DNA of 63,868 nt, the filler included, from Octopus bimaculoides (Eukaryota): the NCBI RefSeq assembly GCF_001194135.2. It is 4 parts of 4 records of this genome, joined end to end, with 100 filler letters (N's around TTAATTAATTAA, not from the genome) between each part and the next. Parts side by side here need not be neighbours in the genome. Positions count along the whole stretch, not along the records: positions 24,712 to 53,306 come from NC_069004.1; 3 more parts are not named here. The stretch is one strand, 5' to 3'. The translations under genes were made by a program, and so were the position numbers. Within the stretch, counting starts at the first letter, position 1, and every line of letters begins with the position of its first letter. Positions 28,488 to 40,446 of the stretch are shown in pieces. Below the pieces are notes generated by a model. It saw nothing but the letters and a program-made list of their open reading frames with translations, had not been told where the DNA came from and made no database searches.

Positions 28488-29060
28488 AAGAGAGAGTAAG
28501 AGAGGGTGAGAGAGGAGAGACAAAGAAACCGAGATAGTAAAAGCGGTAGAGAAAGAGATTGTGTATCTGTCCGTGTTTGTTTAACGTGTGAATACGTCGT
28601 AGAGTGTGTATGTCAAAATCCTGCAAGCAATGTATAAGGTCTTTGCAGGCAATATTCGAAGGACTTGAGGTCGGGGCCTATGATCTCTGTATCAATCCTC
28701 ACCTGCAGTTATTTTCTAGATATCATTGTAATATTTCTTTTGTCTACTTATATTTCTCTTCAATATAACTCACGCACAGATACAAATGGCTCTCGTTTCC
28801 CACCACCACCACCACCACCATCTCTTTTTCTGTCTCACACAGATACACACGTGCACACACACATACATACATAAATCTGTGCGTGCATATTAGTGTTTGA
28901 GTGCAGAGAACACAGTGTATCTATTAGTGTTTGTTAAATATTTAATGTGACACGTGATGAAAAATGATTCAAGGTAACAGATGCGAAACTATCTATCTGT
29001 CTGCCTGCCTGCCCGTCTGTCTGTGTGTCTGTCTGCCTGTCTGTCTGTCTGTCTGTCTGC

Positions 29061-29155
<95 letters not shown>

Positions 29156-29222
29156 GCTATGTCTGTCTCTCTGTCTATATAGCTACCTATCTATCTACCT
29201 ATCTATGTATCTGTCTATCTGC

Positions 29223-29270
<48 letters not shown>

Positions 29271-29335
29271 GTAGTCTCTCCTTTTTATCTGTATGTATGT
29301 ATCATTGTATGTATTTGTGTATCATTGTTTGTGAG

Positions 29336-29378
<43 letters not shown>

Positions 29379-29671
29379 GTAGGTAGGTCAGGTAATGCAG
29401 ACTGAAATATAGAACACAAAACATCAGTACATATGTAATTTTATTATCAATAATCGACAAAATTACAGAGTGACTCAAGGACCGAACGTTTCGTTTGTCT
29501 TTATGTTAAGTTATATATGGAAACAATTTGACATTAAATTGAAGGAAAACTCAATACTTTTTTGTAGAATATATATATATTTTTTAATTTTACGAGGTAA
29601 AGATTCTCACTGACTTCATAATCAAGTTGACACTTCGAAGTCACTGTTAACATTACCCTTGTAATAGACAC

Positions 29672-29710
<39 letters not shown>

Positions 29711-30177
29711 AAAATAAGATGAGTGAGTGGACTCCTATATGCTAGAAATAGATGCCGAATCATCTAACCACGAAAAAAGAATATATGTTCTCAGTAAAAA
29801 TTTAGCGACACAACAGACTGTAGAAAGGCAAGACAAATGAAAAAATACTAAATAAAAAAACAATTAACCTACGTACCATGGTTTCACCTGTTAAAATTTA
29901 CGTAAGTAAATATCTGCAAGATCGTCAGCGTAGTCTGTCGATTTGAAATATTATAATTTCCAGAACTAGACACAAGACGTCCACCCGAAAGGGAGCACGT
30001 GTAAAGTTCTACAAATTACATTCAGTGTATCCTTTCAAATGTCTTCAATCTGGCGTGCTAATAAATTTATTAACTGCAGAATTATTTCCGGACTTAGAAA
30101 TTTCTACTACCAGTGGCCTAAAAACTTTAGTCCATAGACTATATATTATTCATATAAATACAGCGTACATTTAAACA

Positions 30178-30641
30178 CATAAGAGGTATCCATCATAGGA
30201 TTCCCTTCACTCTAGAAAGAACAGCTAAGTTCCAAACCACTATTAAGGATAAAATTTTGAAGGGAATGAAAAATAAAAACATTTACCATCTAGCTCCTGG
30301 ACCAATGGTTTCTGACTTATTTTAGCAAATGAAATAATTTGTATTTACTGCCGACAAGGAGCTGCGCTTGCGCGGTAGATTTGAAAAATTAGAATGTATA
30401 AGCATGGTACAGATACTGGATTGCCTCGTGTTTATATGTTTAATCTGGGTGTACCTGCTGACGAAGACTTCGCCTAGCAAATTATTTTATTTGCTAAAAT
30501 AAGTCAAAAACCATAGGTCCAGGAGTTAGATGGTAAATGTTTTTATTTTTCATCCCCTTCGAAGTTTTTATCCCTAATAGTGGTTTGGAACTTAGCTGTT
30601 CTTTCTAGCGTGAGGGAATCCTATGATGTATACCTCTTATG
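30178..30641. mobile_element. Foldback/long-TIR MITE, right end lost in a gap
   Basis: 30178-30341 is the reverse complement of 30478-30641 (164-bp arms, over 90% identical by hand), with a 136-bp spacer. Confidence 0.75.
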
Positions 30642-31358
30642 NNNNNNNNNNNNNNNNNNNNNNNNNNNNNNNNNNNNNNNNNNNNNNNNNNNNNNNNNNN
30701 NNNNNNNNNNNNNNNNNNNNNNNNNNNNNNNNNNNNNNNNNNNNNNNNNNNNNNNNNNNNNNNNNNNNNNNNNNNNNNNNNNNNNNNNNNNNNNNNNNNN
30801 NNNNNNNNNNNNNNNNNNNNNNNNNNNNNNNNNNNNNNNNNNNNNNNNNNNNNNNNNNNNNNNNNNNNNNNNNNNNNNNNNNNNNNNNNNNNNNNNNNNN
30901 NNNNNNNNNNNNNNNNNNNNNNNNNNNNNNNNNNNNNNNNNNNNNNNNNNNNNNNNNNNNNNNNNNNNNNNNNNNNNNNNNNNNNNNNNNNNNNNNNNNN
31001 NNNNNNNNNNNNNNNNNNNNNNNNNNNNNNNNNNNNNNNNNNNNNNNNNNNNNNNNNNNNNNNNNNNNNNNNNNNNNNNNNNNNNNNNNNNNNNNNNNNN
31101 NNNNNNNNNNNNNNNNNNNNNNNNNNNNNNNNNNNNNNNNNNNNNNNNNNNNNNNNNNNNNNNNNNNNNNNNNNNNNNNNNNNNNNNNNNNNNNNNNNNN
31201 NNNNNNNNNNNNNNNNNNNNNNNNNNNNNNNNNNNNNNNNNNNNNNNNNNNNNNNNNNNNNNNNNNNNNNNNNNNNNNNNNNNNNNNNNNNNNNNNNNNN
31301 NNNNNNNNNNNNNNNNNNNNNNNNNNNNNNNNNNNNNNNNNNNNNNNNNNNNNNNNNN

Positions 31359-31398
<40 letters not shown>

Positions 31399-31779
31399 TG
31401 TATATATATATATGATAACTGAAGGGAAATTAGCAGTTAGCAAATGTTATAAAATATGAAAATGTTAGTTTCGTTTGCAACAATGTTGTACGATAATTAT
31501 GAGAATATATACATCATGATGTTGAGGACAAGCATTCGTTTCCGGTAGAAGGTTAATCAGCGGATCATTCATCCGACAATCTCCGCAAAACGCAAACACA
31601 CCAAGCGTGACTTTGTTATTGAGGACGGTAAATAAAGTTTGTGTTCTTTATTGGAGACCAGCTTCTCAGCAAATGAGAATATTTAATCGAATCACAGTGG
31701 AGAGGGAATTTTTATTCTTAACCACGTAAGTAATTAGCAAATGGACGTAAGCCCACATGAATATGAATTTTGTGTGCCC

Positions 31780-32015
31780 AAGGATTGCAGGCATGCTTAC
31801 CCAGTTTCTATGGCATATAAGTGACAAAGTTCACTGGATTCCAGTTTGGACAGGATTCCGGTCCTTGGCAGGGTTACTCATTTACAGCAATATGGACTAG
31901 AGTAACGTGAAATGAGGTGTTTAGCTAAAGAACACAACACAACGACAGATCAAGGAATCGAAATCATAATTTTGTGATCATGAATGCAATACCTTGATAC
32001 TAGGTCACGTGGCTT
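31780..32015 (-). mobile_element. SINE family D copy
   Basis: GACTAGAGTAACGTGAAATGAGGTGTTT..AAGAACACAAC..GGAATCGAAATC is the reverse of the central box and B-box of 23191-23506. Confidence 0.6.
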
Positions 32016-32733
32016 CGTAGACAACTAGATAGAAATCTCAAAATTCTGTAACAAGATTATCTATGTAGTTTCGTACCCTTAATCATTTGAAAAAGTTTGA
32101 GTTTCCGAGAAATGAAAAATAATATGAAACAAAAAGTTTGTGTATTCAGTCAATAAGCAAAACTGTGGGAATATACGAACATTAAAAAAATTCCAACGGT
32201 GAATCGTTGTTGAAACAGTTCTGGTTTACGAACTCTAGATTCTCATAATAAAGTTTACCAATTCGTTTTATTTGGTCTTCGAGTGGGTCTTTCTTGAAGC
32301 TTTTAGTACAGTCTCCCTTGAACTTTCAGTTTATAGGTTTTAATAAATTAAGCGATTTTCTGTTAGTTTCATTAATATAAGTTTGATAGTTTAATGGAAG
32401 TTTGATGGCATTAGATTGAGATTTAATGGTTATTTAAAAGTTTCGAATTGTAGATAAATGGTGGTTTAATGTCCATTTCATGATTATAAAGATGATTAAG
32501 AATTGGCTAACCGATATTTAATGGTATATAAATACTGTTTTAATGACGGGGGGTGCTTACTGTTATTGCTATTTAGCTACAAACCAACCCTGATTGAATA
32601 AACTTATCTTCAAGGGCTTTGATCAATGATCATCTCGTTGTTCTAAAATACATATCTAGAACCTCATCGGCCAATATTCACCTCCTTTATCAGAAGGTGG
32701 ACTGGAATTTAAGTGAGGTTTAGCTCGACTAAT

Positions 32734-32904
32734 ACAGTTCTATATTCAAGAGATGGGGAATTATGTACATTATTTACATTATTTACATTTGACGGATATT
32801 TGTCCTCAACTTATTTGTTGTTATCAGCCGAAACGTTGTTAACAACAAACAAGATGAGGACAAATATCCGTCAAATGTAAATAATGTAAATTATGTAAAT
32901 AATG
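32734..32904. mobile_element. Short Penelope-like terminal-repeat insertion in tail-to-tail inverted form, with target duplication
   Basis: An inverted repeat of about 55 bp with 2 mismatches surrounds CAGCCGAAACGTT. It is flanked by the direct repeat TTAGCTCGACTAAT at 32720-32733 and 32905-32918. Confidence 0.6.
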
Positions 32905-34150
32905 TTAGCTCGACTAATTACAGTGTGTAATAAAATTATTATGTTTTTATTTATTTATTTATTTATTTATTTATTTTGTAAGTGTTATTTCTATCTAGAA
33001 GTCGAAAGAAATGACTGCTATTCCCTTCGAACTTTGCTTTTGCGATCTGCATATCAATGTTTTGAAACTGTCCTAATTTCCATTACTCATTTACAGCAAA
33101 ATGAACCGGAGTAACGTGCAGTTCCAGAAGCAGGAACATCGTTATAGCAAATATTCTATTCAATGTCCGAGATTTGCTTGTCAGTTGCTTGACTTTAACC
33201 AGTGGAGCATGCCCCTTAGTGACTGACAATATGTGCATCTCTTATCATGAGCAGGAGTAATAGAAGATGGGGAAATCATAGAGAGAGATTCTTTGAGGTC
33301 TGCATAATTATGACAAAAGCAAAATTTGAAAAGATATTTGCTATTTTTCACACTTTCTAAGGGTGAGCAAACAAGAAATAACAGTTGCTACCCAAGAACA
33401 AAAATCGTGGTACACAGTGTTCTCAAGTACACCTTACAGAAGTTAATTCTTAGTTCATTGTTTGATTTTTTTTGTTTGTTACAGTAGTTTTTACGATGGT
33501 TGGTTGATTTAATGGGTTTTAGTGAGTTTAAAAGTTAATCTTGTGTTTTAAAGCATTATTTAATAGCTTCGTTATTTGTTTGGTATCTGATGGCATGCTT
33601 AATGGTCGTTGTTGTTGGATGAGATCGAGAGGAAGAGCGCCAAAAGAGGAAGACCGTGAAGTCGTGTTTGATCAGATTTTGTTGATCACGTGGGTAATAT
33701 TCTCGCTATACATCTAAGACTATATTAGCCAATGTGTCCCCCTGTTTAGAACGTAGGAGAGCAATTTGAAGGATATGTGGTTGCTATTTCTGATAAATCA
33801 AACGAACACAGAATTTCTTTATTTCACTTTTTTTTTTTTTTGATTGATGGATAATTTCTCGATGGTTCATTTGGAGTTTTATGAATTCGTAGAGATCTCG
33901 TTGTCCATAATTTGTTTAATGACTTCGCACTCTTGATTGGTTGTTCGATGGGTTGATTGGTTCTTCAATTAAATGTTTACTTGTTGGATGTATGAAGATA
34001 TGATTTAAAATTGTTATCAGCTCGCAATGCGCAGATAAAATTGTTTAGAGCTGGTAAAATAGCAAGGATAAAATTGTTATAAGCAGTCAAAACAGCGAAA
34101 AGCAATGCAACGATGAATATATTCATTGTTAACCTGCCCGACACGGGTTC

Positions 34151-34425
34151 AGTGACGAAATAAGACGCAGACGTTGAAACTGGAGCGGACATGTCTTCAG
34201 ACGAGATCGATAAAGTGATTGAATGGTAGCACTAAAGTGGAAACGTGAGAGGAAGAGAGCTGCAAGACGCCCTATAACCAGATGGTGAAGGACAATTGAC
34301 AAAGAAAGGATACGAGAAAGGTGGAGAAGCTAGAATGAGTCCAGAACAGTGGCAGAAAACAGGGCTGATTGGAGGGATCGTGTTGCGGCCCTATGTGCCT
34401 CACAGCACGGAGAGAACTAACTAAC
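34151..34425 (+). mobile_element. RTE-clade LINE 3' end
   Basis: SDEIRRRR*NWSGHVFRR..NRADWRDRVAALCASQHGEN*, followed by a (TAAC)n tail. Confidence 0.85.
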
Positions 34426-34727
34426 GAGCTAACATGAACCGACAGATTATAATATGCAGTTCAACAACAGTTCTCATCCAAGTTTGCTGAAACAACATCG
34501 TCGATTCCTATTTTGTTTACTGTTTACTTCATTGTTTGATAGTTTCATTGTTTTTACATTTTCTCCTTTATTTATCACATGTTTCAGTCAATGGACCGCG
34601 GCTATGCTGGGCCACTGCCTAGAATTTATTCCATCGGTTTCTTTTCCCGAACCGCTAAATTATGGGCATGTAAAGAAAACATCGGCTATCAAGTAAAGGT
34701 TGGGCACAAACATATTTCACACACACT

Positions 34728-34773
<46 letters not shown>

Positions 34774-35010
34774 GACAGCTAGATAGATAGATAGATAGAT
34801 AGATAGATTGATTGATTGATTGATTGATTGGACAAACTAATGAAAGAGGCACTTAATACATTTAATAGGAGTTACATATATCATTATTTCAAACAATTTG
34901 ATTAGGCCCCATGGAAAGTTTCGTGCACTCCTATGAAATGAAGTTGCATAAGGCTGCATCAAATTATATAATTTATTATTATTATTATTATTCATTTATT
35001 TATTTATTTA

Positions 35011-35273
35011 TGCGCCCTTTTAAAGCCTAGCCAGGCTCATGGACCCGGTTTCCCAGTTTCTATGGCGTATGCGTTCCCCCTTCCCAGCTGGACGGGACGC
35101 CAGTCCATCGCAGCTTTACTCAGGAAACAGGAAGGAAGTGTGATAGAAAGTTGGGACGAAAGAGTACAAAAAGGGTCGCCCCCACTGCNNNNNNNNNNCC
35201 GGTCTGGGAATCGAAACCGCAATCCTCCGACCGCGAGTCTGCTGCCCTCACCACTAAGCCATTTCGCCTCCAC
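35011..35273 (-). mobile_element. tRNA-derived SINE (family E)
   Basis: The minus strand has the A-box TGGCTTAGTGG, the B-box GGTTTCGATTCCC and the body GATGGACTGGCGTCCCGTCCAG. Its tail runs into (ATAA)/(ATA) repeats. Confidence 0.75.
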
Positions 35274-35289
35274 AATGATGATGATGATG

Positions 35290-35345
<56 letters not shown>

Positions 35346-35478
35346 CCTTTCTACTATAGGCACAAAGCCTGAAATTTTGGGGAAGGGGACAAGTTGATTA
35401 CATCAACCCCAGTGTTTCACTGGTACTTAATTTATCGATTCCGAAAGGATGAAAGGCGAAGTCGATCTATTTGGAAAT
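35346..35478 (-). mobile_element. SINE family B, 5'-truncated, with (ATT)n tail at 35290-35345
   Basis: GGTACTTAATTTATCGATTCCGAAAGGATGAAAGGCGAAGTCGA is the reverse complement of the family B core. Confidence 0.8.
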
Positions 35479-35484
35479 TTGTTA

Positions 35485-35705
35485 CGGCGGTGAGGTCGCA
35501 GAATTGTTAGCCAGCCAAACAAAATGTTTAGCGGCATTTCCTCCGTCTATATGATCTGAGTTCAAATTCCACCAAGATCGACTTTGCGTTTCATCCTTTC
35601 GGAGTCGAGAAAATATGTACCAGTTGAACGCTGACGTCAATGTAATAGACTAGCCCCACCTTCTCCGAAACTGCCGACCTTGTGCCAAAATTTAAAACCA
35701 ATATG
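35485..35705 (+). mobile_element. SINE family B, full length
   Basis: GGCGGTGAGGTCGCAGAA head, GAGTTCAAATTCC B-box and CTTGTGCCAAAATTTAAAACCAATAT end. Confidence 0.8.
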
Positions 35706-36091
35706 TATTGTATAGTTTGATAGTATTTGCTAAGTTTTTTAATGAGCTGTTCAAATATGTGACTGATTCGTGAAATTGTTTGCGGGCGGGTTTCCTTGTA
35801 ATTTGATAGCTTTCCAGCGGTTTGCTCCAAAATATACTTGAAATGATCGTTTGAAGATTTAATGGTTTGTCTTATATGTATTTGAAAATTTGAGAGTTCT
35901 CTAGAGGCATTTTTAGTTGCCTGTTGCAATACATAATTAGTTCTTTATTTCATGGTCTGATGGTTTGTTTCACAGCGTATATGAAACTTAGTTAGCCGCC
36001 TTATGGAAAACATTTTTGGGTGGACTATTTGAAAATAAAATTGAAGTTTGTTACTAGTATCGTTGTTTACATCATAGTATGACTAATAAGT

Positions 36092-36337
36092 TGAAGTAGT
36101 TGTATGCTGTCAATTTAATCTGACAGTCCCCTGAAGGGAATAATACTACTGTTGGTTAGACCTAGGAAGCTGCACCGCTTCCTGTCGGCCTTGACCCATT
36201 TCCTGTGTCCTTATGTTTACAAGGGGGAGACAAACACCTCCACCCAGGAAGCCGTGCAGCTTCCTAGGTCTAACCAACAGTAGTATTATTCCCTCCAGGG
36301 GACTGTCACATTAAGTTGATAGCGTACAACTACTTCA
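36092..36337. mobile_element. MITE with 93-bp inverted arms
   Basis: 36092-36184 is the reverse complement of 36245-36337 with 6 mismatches and a 60-bp spacer. Confidence 0.8.
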
Positions 36338-36880
36338 TCGTATCACTACTGCATAAATCCCTCTGAGAGATTTAGAAATGTATAATTTCTAAAAAATAAA
36401 GAACAATAAGTTGTTTGATTATTTTGTCTCTGAATGTTCGAAAATATGACTGAAAACTTATTTGACGGCTTGTTTGACACCTTGTTTGAACACACGTTTG
36501 CCGGTTTCTGTTGCTTAAGTGTTTGATGACAGCGTTCTCAAGGTGTTATAAATTAATGTATGACTATTACATTTTGCTTTGGTAGAACTCAAAATAATCA
36601 AAACTCGGATGTCGAGTGAGAAATGGAAACCAAAAAGGTTGATGGTGCTTAGACACTAAATGAATTTGTATAGAGACGATTCAGTCTGAATCCTTCACCA
36701 GAGAAAAAAAATAAATCAATGGTCTATTTATATTTTGTCGCTTTCTTTTACTGTGGTATCGGCTCATATTCTCCACTTCTTTTTCACTTCTCTCTCCTAT
36801 ACTTTCCCAATTCTTTACTCCACACTTTCTTCTTTCTCTCACCTGAACTCTCCCATAGTCTCTCCTTCTCCTCCCTCATC

Positions 36881-36976
<96 letters not shown>

Positions 36977-37367
36977 CAAATTGCAGTCGATGTCTTTAAT
37001 CCATCTATTTGTCTATGTTTTCTTCTTTCCACATCGCCTAGCAATATTGTTCAAGTCTACGAAAATTCCTGCACAATTCAACAGATATGATCAAACAATC
37101 GGTAAGATTTAAACACAGCAGCAGCAGCAACAACAACAACAACAACAGCAACAACAACAACAACAACAGCAACCACAAGAACAACAACAACAACAACAAC
37201 AACAACAGCAACAACAACAGCAACAACAACAGCAGCAGCAGTAGCAGTAACAACAAGCATGATAATAATAGTTTTTTTTTATTTGCCACCTGGAGCAGTA
37301 CATTACAAAGACAAGTTAGAATTTCTGTGGGGGCTTATATAAAATCAGGTGAGGAGGTCAAAATGGG

Positions 37368-37443
<76 letters not shown>

Positions 37444-37499
37444 TAATAGTTTATAGAGAGGACTGATAAACTCAGCAGAAATGTGATATATAGAAAGAT

Positions 37500-37808
37500 G
37501 AGTTCTTAACTTTTGTATACGATTGCCAAATTCCATCACTAAGGTAAACATAGCTGACGTAATCCATCACTACGGCCAACTCAATAACAGAAAGCGCAAC
37601 TCGAAAGTAACTTATTTATTGGTCCTTTGAACAATGACAATATTTCGACATCTCGTGTGTCGAAATATTGTCATTGTTCAAAGGACCAATAAATAAGTTA
37701 CTTTCGAGTTGCGCTTTCTGTTATTGAGTTGGCCGTAGTGACGGATTACGTCAGCTATGTTTACCTTGGTGATGGAATTTGGCAATCGTATACAAAAGTT
37801 AAGAACTC
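37500..37808. repeat. 309-bp near-perfect palindrome ending at a gap
   Basis: 151-bp arms (37500-37650 and 37658-37808), 7-nt loop, 2 mismatches. Confidence 0.9.
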
Positions 37809-38746
37809 NNNNNNNNNNNNNNNNNNNNNNNNNNNNNNNNNNNNNNNNNNNNNNNNNNNNNNNNNNNNNNNNNNNNNNNNNNNNNNNNNNNNNNNNNNNN
37901 NNNNNNNNNNNNNNNNNNNNNNNNNNNNNNNNNNNNNNNNNNNNNNNNNNNNNNNNNNNNNNNNNNNNNNNNNNNNNNNNNNNNNNNNNNNNNNNNNNNN
38001 NNNNNNNNNNNNNNNNNNNNNNNNNNNNNNNNNNNNNNNNNNNNNNNNNNNNNNNNNNNNNNNNNNNNNNNNNNNNNNNNNNNNNNNNNNNNNNNNNNNN
38101 NNNNNNNNNNNNNNNNNNNNNNNNNNNNNNNNNNNNNNNNNNNNNNNNNNNNNNNNNNNNNNATAACAGGTGAAAAGAAAGACAGAAAAAAAACAGAAAA
38201 AAAGAGGAAAGAAAAAGAAAAGGAAAAACAAGAATATTTAACAAACCGTTTTGTATAAATTTGATGACATTCTCCTGTCATTTTATTCATTCATCCAGGG
38301 TGTGATGTTAATAACCAGCAAACATATTTCTCCTCATGCATTTTAAGAAGTGAAAGTGAAGCAGATTCAGAATATTTTCTGAGAATATGCACTTTCAAGT
38401 CTTTTTCAAAATTGAAGCCATTTCAAACGAAATGTTTGGCAAGTTCTGTTGAACTACTGTTATTGTGCCTAACGTCGAATCAGTGCCCATTGAATCTTTT
38501 GTTTAATTGTTCTGTTGTACAACCGACATAAATCAAGTTGTGTTTGGTGCATTCTCTGCGTACACCAAATGAGAATTTCTACATGTCCCACCTTCCGTGT
38601 AAATTATACATTTCTGTTATGATTCCTGATGAAATTCACTTGACTCATGTTATTGCACAATGAACACGGCTTCCCTCTCTTGCGGCTGTTTTTCAAGGTA
38701 CAATGTGCAGATACTCCATTGCAAATACTCCACTGCTTTCTCACTC

Positions 38747-38813
<67 letters not shown>

Positions 38814-38841
38814 TGGGTGGGGCCCAGTTTAAAATTTTGTC

Positions 38842-39120
38842 ACAAGGGCAGCAATTTGGGGGCGGGGATGAGTCGATAACACCGACCCAGTGTTTCACTG
38901 GTACTTAATTTATTGACTCCGAAAGGATGAAAGGTAAAGTCGACCTCGGCAGAATTTTAATTCAGAACGATAATTGCTTCTAATGCTGGCACAAAACCAG
39001 AACTTATGTGGGGAGAAGGTTATCCGATATCATCGATTCCAGTAGTTGATCGGTACTTTTATTTTATCGACCTCGCAAGATTTGAGGGTTGAAAGGCGAA
39101 TTTGAACTCGGGAAAAGTAA
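38842..39120 (-). mobile_element. Two tandem SINE family B fragments
   Basis: CTGGTACTTAATTTATTGACTCCGAAAGGATGAAAGGTAAAGTCGACCTCGGCAGAATT, plus a second more decayed copy immediately after it. Confidence 0.7.
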
Positions 39121-39257
39121 CAAAGTATGACAGAAGTTTACACGCAGACAGGCGATTGGGGGTGGGTGTGCTTGCAAAGCGATAGTAAAGACATTGAGAG
39201 AGAAGATGAAGAGGAGAAAGAAGAGAGGAACATCAATCACCATTGTAGTAGTAGTAA

Positions 39258-39309
<52 letters not shown>

Positions 39310-39720
39310 TATACAAAAGTAATAGTTATTATACAAGCAACAAACTCAATATCCCCGCACTTATCTCAATGACTCGCGCACTTTCAGCTCCACCACCATC
39401 ACCACCACCACCGCCACCGCCACCACCACCACAACAACAACAACAACAATCATCACTACTGCCACCACCAACACCAATACCTACACCAAAATATTGTCTG
39501 GAAAACCAATGAAGAAAGGGTTTAAAACATAAAGAAAAGGCGAAAGCAGAAGAGAAACAAGAGGAGAAAAAAGAAAGATCGTATGAATGAAGGAAGGAAG
39601 GAAAAACTAAATGCTGTCGTCACGCCCCCATCACCCCCATTGTTCTTCTGTTCCCTAGAAAGAATCTTCTTTTCCACCTTGCAATGTGTTTTATAGTTTT
39701 ATACATATTTATTAATTATT

Positions 39721-39759
<39 letters not shown>

Positions 39760-40035
39760 TTATGTTATCTCTGCAAAGTTTTTCTGAAGAAATGTATTAA
39801 GATTTTGGTTGTGTCTAAACGTATTTATCTACGCACATATACAAGCACAACATGTGTGTGTGTACACACGTTATATATATGTGTGTACACACATATATAT
39901 ATATGCGTGTACACATATATATGCATGTATGTGTGCGTATACACACAGACAGACACACACATAATATATACTTCCATATTTATTCATTATACACACATAT
40001 ACATACAAATTTACATATAAGCAAGCATGTGTATG

Positions 40036-40073
<38 letters not shown>

Positions 40074-40413
40074 TATATGTATGTGTGTATATATACATAC
40101 ATGTATGCATGGTGTATGTGTGTGTGTGTGTGTGTGTGTACATAGACACGTATACATGTACAATTAGATATGTATTCGTATATTATGCATATATGTATAT
40201 GTTTATGCAACAATAAAACACACCTATATACACAGACACCACATATACACATGTATATATACATACACACACTCACATACACGCACACACACATGTATAT
40301 TTTATATACATATATATATACACATAAATACATAAGCACATATATACTTGGTTGTCTTAAAACTATATTTGACTCTGCGTTAAAATATATATTTATATAC
40401 ACACTCACATATG

Positions 40414-40446
<33 letters not shown>

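Noticed and set aside
33977-34192. 71-aa minus-strand ORF with a signal-peptide-like stretch (MNIFIVALLFAVLTAY)
   Set aside because: It lies in repeat-like AT-rich DNA overlapping an RTE end and has internal AACAATTTTA repeats. No supporting splice or processing sites.
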